Part shown: positions 27,954 through 36,612 of the stretch, piece after piece
Position numbering within the stretch: position 1 is the stretch's first letter
Layout of the letters: each line of letters begins with the position of its first letter
Position numbers and translations under genes: made by a program
Source of the DNA: an uncultured virus (IMG/VR IMGVR_UViG_3300031733_000001)
Taxonomy: Duplodnaviria > Heunggongvirae > Uroviricota > Caudoviricetes
Length of the DNA stretch: 64,000 nt
Direction: 5' to 3' (one strand)
IMG/VR virus record: IMGVR_UViG_3300031733_000001
Notes under the pieces: model-generated
What the model saw: only the letters and a program-made list of their open reading frames with translations
Told to the model about the DNA's origin: nothing
The model's database searches: none

Positions 27954-28403
27954 ATGAACGTCAACTTCGAGCTGGTGACCGAGGTCCAGTCTCTGCTCCG
28001 GCGGGACTTCCCCGTGGCAGACCGAGATCTCGTGAACCCAAACAACGCCAACCCGCTGATGGACGGCGAGTTCATGGCGCTCGACACCAGCTACAAGCTG
28101 GTGCGCGCCACGTCCCTGGGCTTCGGCCTCGCGCTCTTCGTGGAGCGGGGCCGGATGGACGTCCAGGCCATCGGCAAGGCCACGGTCCTGTTCGGCGGGA
28201 CCTACGAGGCGGACACCCGCGTGTTCACCACCACCGGCATCACGGCGGTCGGCCAGAAGCTGGAGATCAGCGACGCGGTCACGGTGGACACGCTGACCAA
28301 GTCCGGGCTCAAGATCTTCACCACCGGCGAGGTGGTGGGGTTCGTGACCCGGCTCCCGGCCAACAACGGCGGGCGGCTTCGTTTCATCCAGACCCTGGTG
28401 TAG
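27954..28403 (+). CDS. putative capsid decoration/cement protein
   Basis: 149-aa beta-rich ORF immediately upstream of the major capsid gene, strong SD and strongly biased codons. Confidence 0.55.
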   Translation: MNVNFELVTEVQSLLRRDFPVADRDLVNPNNANPLMDGEFMALDTSYKLVRATSLGFGLALFVERGRMDVQAIGKATVLFGGTYEADTRVFTTTGITAVGQKLEISDAVTVDTLTKSGLKIFTTGEVVGFVTRLPANNGGRLRFIQTLV

Positions 28404-28454
28404 TTCCGGCCTGTCCGGAGAGACCCAGGACCAAGCTGGGAAGGAGATAACAAG

Positions 28455-29576
28455 ATGAGCGTACCAGCAAGAGTTCTGAACGATCTCTTCACCCACAAGG
28501 TCGGAACGGCCGAGGGGAAGGAGAAGATCGCGGAGTACGCCGGCACCTACATCCGGGACCGTCTGCGTGAGGTGGCCTACAGCCGTAAGGTCATCCCGCC
28601 CCAGATGGTCACCCGGGCGGACTGCCAGCGTTCCGTCAACCACGACACCCTGGTGAAGATCGTGGACGTCGAGCCCAAGAGCCGCGCCATGGCCATCACC
28701 TTCCGCGGTCAGCCGACCGCCCGGTTCATCCGCGCCCCGCGGGCCGAGGTCCCCTTCTACACGATCTCCTCGGAGAAGTTCGAGAAGACCGAGCAGGAGC
28801 TCCTCGCCTACGAGATGCCGGTGACCAAGATCATCGAGGACAACTCGGTGAAGGACATCCAGGAGATCGAGGACCGCGAGTTCACGATCCACATCGAGGC
28901 CGCCGTGCAGGCGCTCCAGGCCGAGGCGAACGGTGGCGCTGTCACCACGCTGAACGCCAGCGCCATCACCGCCGGCACCGTGGTCGAGTTCTCGGTCCGC
29001 AAGGGCGCCCTGGCCCGCGCCGCCGCGGCGGACGACGCTACCGTCCTGCCGATCCAGCGGCCCGACCTGGTCAACCTCTTCAAGATGCTGGACGGGAATC
29101 GCCTGCGGGCGGAGCTCATCCTCATCACCGAGGTCGACTGGGACGACATCCTGCAGTGGACGGTGGAGGACTTCGGCGACAAGCTGCAGTCCGAGACCAC
29201 CACCGACGGGTACAAGTACAACCTGCTCCTGGGCAGGCAGTACGTCCGCACCATCAAGACCGACATCCTGCGGCCCGGCAACGTGTACTGCTTCACCAAG
29301 CCGGACTTCTTCGGTCGCTTCTACATCCTGAACAACACGAAGTTCTACATCGACAAGATCGCGAACCTGATCACGTGGCAGTCCTGGGAGGACATCGCCA
29401 TGTCGGTCATCAACATCGCGTCGGTGCGGAAGCTCGAGCTGTACTCGGGGGACGCGACCGCGAACGACGCCGACGGCATCCTCTCCTCGGTCATCCCCGT
29501 GGACGAGGAGGACCTCGGCGCCGAGAACAACCGCGTGGACTCCGGTCTGGTGTACCCGGGGGTCGAGACCTACTAG
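28455..29576 (+). CDS. major capsid protein
   Basis: 373 aa, extreme C/G-ending codon bias, position after protease/scaffold/decoration, followed by a strong terminator; IRDRLRE..YSRKVIPP N-terminal pattern. Confidence 0.75.
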   Translation: MSVPARVLNDLFTHKVGTAEGKEKIAEYAGTYIRDRLREVAYSRKVIPPQMVTRADCQRSVNHDTLVKIVDVEPKSRAMAITFRGQPTARFIRAPRAEVPFYTISSEKFEKTEQELLAYEMPVTKIIEDNSVKDIQEIEDREFTIHIEAAVQALQAEANGGAVTTLNASAITAGTVVEFSVRKGALARAAAADDATVLPIQRPDLVNLFKMLDGNRLRAELILITEVDWDDILQWTVEDFGDKLQSETTTDGYKYNLLLGRQYVRTIKTDILRPGNVYCFTKPDFFGRFYILNNTKFYIDKIANLITWQSWEDIAMSVINIASVRKLELYSGDATANDADGILSSVIPVDEEDLGAENNRVDSGLVYPGVETY

Positions 29577-29619
29577 TAGGCCTCACCTGACCCACAGGGT
29601 ACTACCTAGTCGGGTGACC

Positions 29620-29657
29620 AAGGCGCCGGCGCTCGTGTGGGCGTCGGCGCCTTTTTT
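29620..29657 (+). terminator. rho-independent terminator after the capsid gene
   Basis: AAGGCGCCGGCGCTC-gtgt-GGGCGTCGGCGCCTT stem followed by a T run. Confidence 0.8.
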
Positions 29658-29670
29658 CTAGGAGGTTTCG

Positions 29671-30252
29671 ATGGACACGAAGGTCTACTACGTCGAGAAC
29701 ACGGTCCGCCGTGAGGGCACCCGTCTTCACCGGGCCAAGTCTGCCACCCGCCACAGGTTCAAGGTCTTCGTCGCCGGACAGCGTGTGCTGCGCAGCAAGA
29801 AGGTCGCCTTGAACGAGTCGCTGTTCGCGCAGGAGAAGAAGAACCTGCTCGACATGTGCCTCGCCGGCATGGTGGCGATCTACACCCCGGACGGGATCAA
29901 GGTCACGACCGCCCACACGGGCGAGTTCATCCTCACCAAGCCGAACGGCGCGGTGAAGGTGCTCGCGCAGGGGGAGATGCCGAGCTGCTTCGGCGGGACG
30001 GCCGTCCCCACGCCCTCGAAGGACGTGAAGATGGAGGTCGTGAAGGAGGTCATCACCTCGGCCAGCGAGGAGGAAGAGGTCGATGATCTCACCTCCCTTC
30101 CAGGCATCGGTGCCGGCCGCGCTCGCAAGCTGGAGGCCGCCGGGATCGACAGCTTCGCCGCTGTGGTGGGGCTGGGGGTCGAGGGCCTGATGGAGGTCCT
30201 GGGTGTCACCGAGGAGATGGCGCAGGAGGTCATCGACGCCGCCAAGGAGTAG
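29671..30252 (+). CDS. protein with C-terminal helix-hairpin-helix domain
   Basis: DDLTSLPGIGAGRARKLEAAGI resembles the RadA N-terminal / NusA C-terminal HhH domain. Confidence 0.7.
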   Translation: MDTKVYYVENTVRREGTRLHRAKSATRHRFKVFVAGQRVLRSKKVALNESLFAQEKKNLLDMCLAGMVAIYTPDGIKVTTAHTGEFILTKPNGAVKVLAQGEMPSCFGGTAVPTPSKDVKMEVVKEVITSASEEEEVDDLTSLPGIGAGRARKLEAAGIDSFAAVVGLGVEGLMEVLGVTEEMAQEVIDAAKE

Positions 30253-30255
30253 ACG

Positions 30256-30699
30256 ATGCCAAAGGTATGGAACCTGACGAAGAAGGGCGTCCCTCTGCTC
30301 CGCTGGAGGGTGCTGCCCGACAACCGGGTGTTGGACCCCCAGGGCCGCATCCATGATCAGCTGCCTGACGATGTCGGGTACAGCGCACAGGCCAAGCGGC
30401 TCTGCGAGCTGGGTGTCCTGAACATCGAGGGTGTCAGCTGGTTCCCCGAGCCGGAGAAGGCGAAGAAGGCCCCACCGGCCCCGGAAGATCCCGGCATGCC
30501 GGAGATGTCCAGGGTCGATGACCTGACCGAGCTGGTGCACATCGGCAAGGGCCGCGCCAAGAAGCTGGAGGCGGTCGGGGTGGTCACCTTCGCCGACGTG
30601 GTGGAGATGGGCGTCCGAGATCTGGATCGTCTGCTCGAGATCACCCGGGACATGGCCGAGGAGATCGTGGCCGATGCCGAGGGCAAGGTGGAGCCATGA
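30256..30699 (+). CDS. second HhH-domain protein (domain paralog of upstream gene)
   Basis: DDLTELVHIGKGRAKKLEAVGV aligns with the upstream HhH domain. Confidence 0.7.
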   Translation: MPKVWNLTKKGVPLLRWRVLPDNRVLDPQGRIHDQLPDDVGYSAQAKRLCELGVLNIEGVSWFPEPEKAKKAPPAPEDPGMPEMSRVDDLTELVHIGKGRAKKLEAVGVVTFADVVEMGVRDLDRLLEITRDMAEEIVADAEGKVEP

Positions 30700-30920
30700 A
30701 CCCGGTCCAACTGGCTGCCATGCACGACGAGCTGGAGAAGATCGGCGGCGGCATCGTCCGCAAGATGCTGCTGACCAACATCGCTCCGGGTGCCGGGCCA
30801 CTGCGCAAGCGGCTGGCCCAGGGGCTCCGGAACGTGGGTCAGACGGCGCGCAGCGAGGTGGCGCGTGAGGGCGGCGGCGCAAAGGGTGTTGCGAAAGCAC
30901 GCATGACTCCGTGGGGGTAG
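30696..30920 (+). CDS. small basic protein with MHDELEKIG leader
   Basis: Shared leader motif; ATGA coupling. Confidence 0.55.
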   Translation: MNPVQLAAMHDELEKIGGGIVRKMLLTNIAPGAGPLRKRLAQGLRNVGQTARSEVAREGGGAKGVAKARMTPWG

Positions 30921-30921
30921 G

Positions 30922-31434
30922 ATGGCTGAGCTGCAAGGACTAGAGGGCATCCCTGGAGTGAGCGAGACGTTCAACTCGTTCATCCAGACGGTGCGCCTCT
31001 TCATGCGCGATCATCCCCAGCTCAACCGGCTGGTGAAGGGTGAGGAGTCATCCGATCGGATGATAGCGTGGGCGATCAAGGATTTCCTGAGCGATTTCGC
31101 CGGGTCTCCCCCGCCGTTGGGGTACTATACCCTCGAGCAGCTCTTCGAGATGCACTACCAGTCGTTCGCTCTGCGTGGCACGACAGTGGCCCTACTCCAG
31201 TCGGTGGGGATCTTGCAGACCCGGAACCACCTCCAGTTCTCGGATGGGGGGATCAGCGTTGGTGTGTCGGACAAGACGCCGATGTTGATGCAGTGGATCA
31301 GGGACTTCCAGAACAAGTACGAGCAGGAGAAGATGCAGAGGAAGGTCTCGCTCAACATCTCCCAGATGTTCGGGGTGTTCAGCGGGTCCCACTCAGAGCT
31401 ATTCTTCATAAACGGCTGGTACGGGATCTACTAG
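30922..31434 (+). CDS. putative neck/head-tail adaptor
   Basis: 170 aa downstream of the capsid gene; QFSDGGISV beta-hairpin-like motif seen in adaptor proteins. Confidence 0.5.
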   Translation: MAELQGLEGIPGVSETFNSFIQTVRLFMRDHPQLNRLVKGEESSDRMIAWAIKDFLSDFAGSPPPLGYYTLEQLFEMHYQSFALRGTTVALLQSVGILQTRNHLQFSDGGISVGVSDKTPMLMQWIRDFQNKYEQEKMQRKVSLNISQMFGVFSGSHSELFFINGWYGIY

Positions 31435-31443
31435 GAGGCTGAG

Positions 31444-31899
31444 ATGCCATACATCGTCAAGCAGTTCGACACGGCCGAAGAGATGGTCGACTACCTGAAC
31501 GACGTCGTTCAGGGGAAGGCCTTGCCGACCGTGATCCCCGGCCTCCACGGCCTGACGCTTCAGGTCAACCCGAACGGAACGCTCAGGACGGTGACGTTCT
31601 CCGACCCCGACGGGTCAGGTCTGTCGCCGACGGAGGTGATCGCGCAGATGGAGGCGGTGAACGCCGACATGGTGGGGATCGCAGCGTTCCGGTCGTACCG
31701 GCCTACCACTCCACCGAAGTACAAGCTGACCTTCCACCAGCCCAACGACATCGTGGACAAGGACGGGACGGCGAACTCCATCTTCGGCCTGCCCACGGCG
31801 GCCGACGCCACGGTGGGGGCCAACGAGGTGCCCGCTGCAGATGTCATCGCGATCACCACGGATGAGGGTGGTAACAAGTACACCGTGGTTCATCAGTAA
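31444..31899 (+). CDS. structural protein homologous to the sheath insertion domain
   Basis: GLHGLTLQV..NG...VTFSDP and GTANSIFG match sheath GLDGLVLKV..NNG...ITFSDP and GDANSVLG. Confidence 0.6.
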   Translation: MPYIVKQFDTAEEMVDYLNDVVQGKALPTVIPGLHGLTLQVNPNGTLRTVTFSDPDGSGLSPTEVIAQMEAVNADMVGIAAFRSYRPTTPPKYKLTFHQPNDIVDKDGTANSIFGLPTAADATVGANEVPAADVIAITTDEGGNKYTVVHQ

Positions 31900-31910
31900 G
31901 GAGTCTCCCG

Positions 31911-33740
31911 ATGAGTGACGACAGGCTCTACGAAATCCTGACGGAGGGCGAGGATCGGGAGATCCCCTGGCACAAGGCTGCCGAGCACTTCGTCATGCTG
32001 AAGATCGCGTCCGGCGGCGTGCTCCAGGAGGAGCTCGACGAGCTGGACGTGCTGAGGAAGGCCGCCGAGTTCGAGAAGTTGGGTCAGGCCAGGTCCGAAC
32101 CCATCTCGATCTCCGGGGAGGAGCTGGCCAAGGCGAAGAAGCAGGGCATCCTCTCTGCCATCCGCGGTGGCGTGCGTGGAGATCTCGCTCGCTCTTCCAT
32201 GATCCGCCGCAAGCGTGGGGAGCGCGTCGGCAAGGCGGTGGGCACCGGTGCCGGTGCTGCTATCGGCGCTCTGCTGTCCAAGAAGCACCGGGCAGCCGGT
32301 GCCGGCATCGGCGCTCTCCTGGGCTACACCGGAGGCAAGGCCGCCGGTGAGGAGGCCGACCGTGCCCGGATCCGCAAGGCCTACAAGGCCAAGCCGGCAG
32401 CGATGGAGAAGCAGTCGGACTTCGAGGAGATGGGCAAGGAAGGTGCATCCAAGGAGGAGCAGCGCAGCAGGGCGCGGCATCTGGCGGGTGGTGCCGCCAT
32501 CGGCGCCGGCGCCGGAGCCGGGATCGGAGCTGCCGTCCACGAGAGACGCATCCGTGCGGCTGCCAAGGGCCTGCAGGATACGGCCCGGGACAAGAAGACC
32601 CAGGATGCCCTGAAGGCCGCGCTCCCGCCGCCGAAGGGTGGGTTCAAGAAGCCCACCATGGCCTTGAAGGAGTACATGGTCACGGCCCGCAGGAACCTCG
32701 GTCCCACCAAGACCAAGGCGCTACAGGCTGCCCTGGTCGGCCTGGGCGTGGGCGCCCTGGGCGGTGCTGCCGTCCACAAGATCCGGAAGAAGATGAAGGA
32801 GAAGAGGGCCGGTCTGATGCGGCCCGATCAGCCCACGGCCAGAGAACTGGTACAGGGCCGTGGTCCGGTGGCGAGGGAAGCCAGGGCGCGTCTACGGGAG
32901 AAGATGCGCGCTGAATGTCCAGTGGGCAAGAAGATCGACGAGGAGATGGCGAAGAAGGAGGAGCTCGCCAAGGCCGCCGCGATTCGCTTCAGGGCACTGC
33001 GCAAGCTCGCCCAGGACGAGGTCCCCCCGATCCCGGTGGAGGGTGGTGTGGAACCATCGATCGCCGAGGATTCGCCGCAGGGCCCCACCGGCAACCCGAT
33101 GGAGGACTTCCTGAAGGCGCAGCAGGCGATCAACGAGGCCGAGTTCTTCAAGCAGAAGGCGGATGAGGCTGCGGCGGTGGCCGGACAGGCCCAGGAGACC
33201 AACAAGATGCTGGAGGATCAGCTCCAGCAGCAGATGCAGCTCCAGCAGCAGCAGGACGAGCAGCGGGCCATGCAGGACGAGGCCACGCAGCAGCAGTCCC
33301 AGATGGCCCAGCAGCAGGCGGAGATGGCTTCCCAGGACGCCATGGCCGCCCGTGAGCAGTCTCTGGCGGCGCAGCAGCAGAACATCGGGATGCGCCAGGC
33401 CATCACCAACTATCGGCAGGCCCTGATGGACCTGATCGCGCAAGATCCCACCCAGGCGATGGCGCCACCGATGGCGCCGGAGGGTCCGATGCCGGGCGCT
33501 CCTCCGCCTGGACCTCCTGGACCGCCTCCCCCGGAGGCTGGCGGTCCCCCGCCCGGCGAGCCGCCTCCCGAGGGTGGTCCACCTCCGGGTGGGCCTCCTC
33601 CTGGTGGTCCCCCACCGGGTGGACCACCTCCGGGAGCAGCTGGTCTGCCTCCTGGCGGGCCTCCCCCTGGACCTCCGCCTGGCGGGCCTCCTGCGGGACC
33701 CCCGCCTGGACCCCCACCCGGCGGACCGCCGGCAGCGTAA
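31911..33740 (+). CDS. large glycine-zipper / Q-rich / polyproline protein (putative internal virion protein)
   Basis: Several GxGAxIG zippers, K-x-A motifs, a Q-rich coiled coil and C-terminal (GGPPP)n repeats. Confidence 0.65.
   Translation: MSDDRLYEILTEGEDREIPWHKAAEHFVMLKIASGGVLQEELDELDVLRKAAEFEKLGQARSEPISISGEELAKAKKQGILSAIRGGVRGDLARSSMIRRKRGERVGKAVGTGAGAAIGALLSKKHRAAGAGIGALLGYTGGKAAGEEADRARIRKAYKAKPAAMEKQSDFEEMGKEGASKEEQRSRARHLAGGAAIGAGAGAGIGAAVHERRIRAAAKGLQDTARDKKTQDALKAALPPPKGGFKKPTMALKEYMVTARRNLGPTKTKALQAALVGLGVGALGGAAVHKIRKKMKEKRAGLMRPDQPTARELVQGRGPVAREARARLREKMRAECPVGKKIDEEMAKKEELAKAAAIRFRALRKLAQDEVPPIPVEGGVEPSIAEDSPQGPTGNPMEDFLKAQQAINEAEFFKQKADEAAAVAGQAQETNKMLEDQLQQQMQLQQQQDEQRAMQDEATQQQSQMAQQQAEMASQDAMAAREQSLAAQQQNIGMRQAITNYRQALMDLIAQDPTQAMAPPMAPEGPMPGAPPPGPPGPPPPEAGGPPPGEPPPEGGPPPGGPPPGGPPPGGPPPGAAGLPPGGPPPGPPPGGPPAGPPPGPPPGGPPAA
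33480..33731 (+). repeat. degenerate GGPPP-coding repeat
   Basis: More than ten G/P-PPP units with diversified synonymous codons. Confidence 0.7.
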
Positions 33741-33750
33741 GGAGTGAGAG

Positions 33751-34491
33751 ATGGACGACTTTCTGACCAAGATGTACGAGGACGAGATGGAGAAGACCTC
33801 CGCTGCCGAGCTGGACAACTTCATGGGCAGCTTGTCGGTGGAGGAGCTCGAGGGCCTTCTGGGGCTAGACAGCGTGGACTTCACCAAGGTGGCCGTCGCT
33901 GGCCCGGTCGAGCCCCCGATGCCGGACTCGCTCCCCGGGAACGAGCTGGACGCGCAGATGAAGACGGTGGAGGAGATCGCGGCCAAGAGCCGGACCGACA
34001 CGCCGCCGACGCGCCAGCAAGAGGCCGAGCCCACGGCCGTGAGCCACCAGGGTCCCGGCAAGGTACCGACGACCAAGGAGGCCATAGCGTGGGCCGATCA
34101 CATCGGTCGCATCTTCGCCAAGCAGGCCGCAGCAACCCCTGACTGGTACGATCGCCAGGTCCAGGCGACCCAGGCCGCACAGGAGAGCATCCAGTCCATG
34201 AAGACGGCGGCGGTGAAGGCCAAGATCGCCCAGCGTGCTCTGCGTGCGACGTCCGGTGCTCCTCCCCACGTCAAGCAGGCCGCGGCCAAGGTGGCTGCCC
34301 TGCAGATCACCGCGGCGTGCAAGAAGATGAGCCAGTACGGTGAGGAAGAGGGGATGGAGAAGGAGGACGAATTCACCACCCCCATGGCCAAGGCCAAGGC
34401 CAAGGCGATGGCCGGTGCCATGAAGGCCGGCAAGGGCGCTCCCGGTCGCTCCCGCAAGAAGCTCGTCTCGGCGATGGGGAAGACGATCTAA
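33751..34491 (+). CDS. hypothetical head protein (YEDEMEKTS leader)
   Basis: AAGGAG SD; K-x-A motifs; Ala-rich basic C-terminal half. Confidence 0.55.
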   Translation: MDDFLTKMYEDEMEKTSAAELDNFMGSLSVEELEGLLGLDSVDFTKVAVAGPVEPPMPDSLPGNELDAQMKTVEEIAAKSRTDTPPTRQQEAEPTAVSHQGPGKVPTTKEAIAWADHIGRIFAKQAAATPDWYDRQVQATQAAQESIQSMKTAAVKAKIAQRALRATSGAPPHVKQAAAKVAALQITAACKKMSQYGEEEGMEKEDEFTTPMAKAKAKAMAGAMKAGKGAPGRSRKKLVSAMGKTI

Positions 34492-34498
34492 TCCCAAG

Positions 34499-35410
34499 AT
34501 GGCGGACCTGGCGTTCAAGAACCTGTTGGTGCGTTCCTTCTCCTTGGACTTCCTCGAGGTCCTCTGGGAGATCGAGGACACGTCCCTCGACCCGCACGAC
34601 TACAGCTTCTACGTCTACCGGAGCGAGTCTCCGATGGGACCGTGGGATCTGATGGCCGGGCCGTTCGAGGACCGCTACAGGTTCGTGGACAACAGGGTGA
34701 ACCTCCTGCACCGCTGGCGGCAGCTCTACTACAAGATCAACAGCGTGGAGAAGGCGGACACCACCAACGTGGTGGAGAGCGCGGCCTTCACCTTCCACGC
34801 CGAGCCGGACCTGATCGCCATCGAGATCCAACGGCTCGAGCGCCTGGTCTGGGAGGAGTTCGCAGGCCGGCGCTGCTTCATCTTCCCGGCGAGGACGTTC
34901 GGTCAGCGGTGCGGCAACTGCTACGACGGCCCGGACAAGGGCAAGGGATTCACCTCTCAGCGTCGGCGGTCGCACTGCCTCACCTGCTTCGACACCGGCT
35001 TCGCCCGTGGGTACTTCGATCCCATCGAGATCTTCATCCAGATCGACCCGAGTCCGAAGTCGGTTCAGGCGATTCCCATCACGGAGCGTCAGCAGGTGGA
35101 CACCACGGCGCGCTTGCCGAACTTCCCACTGCTGAAGCCGCGGGATATAATTGTCGAAACTGAGAACAGGAGGTGGAGGGTAGTCAAGGTTTCTACCACG
35201 GAGCGGCTACGCAGTGTTGTCCACCAGGAGCTGGTGCTTCACGAGATCATCAAGGGTGACATCGAATTCCAGCTTCCCATACGGATAGAAGATCTGCGAG
35301 ACTTTGAGCCAAGTCCTGGAAGGAACTTCACCAACCCGCAGAACCTGGAAGGGTTTGAATCAGAGGCGATCAAACATGCTTTCGCGGTCTATGGGTACGG
35401 AAATGATTAG
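34499..35410 (+). CDS. putative head-closure/neck protein with Zn ribbon
   Basis: CGNC...CLTCFDTGF..GY; RDIIVE..NRRWRV resembles head-closure folds; located before the sheath gene. Confidence 0.5.
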   Translation: MADLAFKNLLVRSFSLDFLEVLWEIEDTSLDPHDYSFYVYRSESPMGPWDLMAGPFEDRYRFVDNRVNLLHRWRQLYYKINSVEKADTTNVVESAAFTFHAEPDLIAIEIQRLERLVWEEFAGRRCFIFPARTFGQRCGNCYDGPDKGKGFTSQRRRSHCLTCFDTGFARGYFDPIEIFIQIDPSPKSVQAIPITERQQVDTTARLPNFPLLKPRDIIVETENRRWRVVKVSTTERLRSVVHQELVLHEIIKGDIEFQLPIRIEDLRDFEPSPGRNFTNPQNLEGFESEAIKHAFAVYGYGND

Positions 35411-35744
35411 CCTTCCAGCCTTCTACGACGAACTGGAGAAGATCGCCGAGGAGAAAGAGCGGTGGATCACCAAGGAGAAGCTCAAACGGCACCTCAAGAC
35501 CCTGGCAACGGTTGGGGCAGGTGCCGGGCTCGGCTACGGTACGGGCAAGCTGGTTCGCCGGTACGTCCGAGGGCCGGGTATGAAGCATCTCCGGAAGTTG
35601 AGCCCCAAGTGGCAGGAGCGAGTGAAGAAGTACAGCCCCGCAGCGGCGACGATCGTCGGCGGGGCAGGCGTGTTGGCCGCGTCGAAGTTGCGCAGGAAGG
35701 CCGACAAGTACGTAGAGAAGGGCGATGAGCGAAACGCCAAGTAG
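35403..35744 (+). CDS. small basic two-hydrophobic-segment protein with FYDELEKIA leader
   Basis: ATG at 35403; segments VGAGAGLGYGTG and IVGGAGVLAA. Confidence 0.6.
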   Translation: MISLPAFYDELEKIAEEKERWITKEKLKRHLKTLATVGAGAGLGYGTGKLVRRYVRGPGMKHLRKLSPKWQERVKKYSPAAATIVGGAGVLAASKLRRKADKYVEKGDERNAK

Positions 35745-36597
35745 CACAGTCCACGCCGCAGAGGAGCTTGAGTCGAGCTGGCTCAACGATCCCCTGAACT
35801 ACCTGGTGAAGGGCTTCATCGCTTTCCTCCAGACGATCTGGGAGGAAGCACCGAGGGGGTGCTTCCACTGGGCGGCGGCCATCGAGGAGACCGAGCTGGT
35901 GATCACCGAAGAGAACCCGGTGAACCTCGAGGCCACCGAGCAGCGGCCGGCTATCTCCGTCGTCCTCGGCCCGGCACGCTTCAATGGTTCATCTCTTGAC
36001 GACTTGGTGAATGTGGATCTCACCAACGCGAAGGAGATCCACACAGATCTGATCCCTGGCACGATGACGCTCAACTGCCTCTCCCGTGTCCGGCAGGAGT
36101 GCAGGTTCCTGGGCTGGCAGAGCGCCAGAACCATCTGGAATCTCCGGAAGATCTTCATCAAAGAGACGCACATTCACGAGGTCGGAAGGAACATCACGAT
36201 CGGGGCGGTGACTCCGGCAGGTCAGCTCGTTCAGGGAGACACAGAGGGCGAGTGGCACAACGTGCCCGTCTCCGTGCCGTTCTTCCTGCAGTGGACTGAC
36301 TCGGTCACTCCACTGAAAGAGGACTGGAACCGCCGTCCTATCTACACTCTGCAGCACATGTCTGTGCGGCTGCGGACACGGATGGGCCTGGCACAACCGA
36401 ACCTGACACACACGCAGGACCGCGACCCCTCGATGCTGTGGGGAGAGGCAGCGGGACAGACCCAGGCCAGCCAGAAGGCTGCCAGATCCAACGTCCTTCG
36501 GCCTCCGCGAATCCGGGGTCGGGTGATCAACACTGCAACCCCAACGGGGCCGGGATCCAGTTCGGTTCCGATTGTGGACGAGCACAAAGTCGATTAG
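35725..36597 (+). CDS. putative tail completion/terminator protein
   Basis: Position immediately before the sheath gene; RPAISV motif. Confidence 0.45.
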   Translation: MSETPSSTVHAAEELESSWLNDPLNYLVKGFIAFLQTIWEEAPRGCFHWAAAIEETELVITEENPVNLEATEQRPAISVVLGPARFNGSSLDDLVNVDLTNAKEIHTDLIPGTMTLNCLSRVRQECRFLGWQSARTIWNLRKIFIKETHIHEVGRNITIGAVTPAGQLVQGDTEGEWHNVPVSVPFFLQWTDSVTPLKEDWNRRPIYTLQHMSVRLRTRMGLAQPNLTHTQDRDPSMLWGEAAGQTQASQKAARSNVLRPPRIRGRVINTATPTGPGSSSVPIVDEHKVD

Positions 36598-36612
36598 TGA
36601 AGGAGGCCCGCA

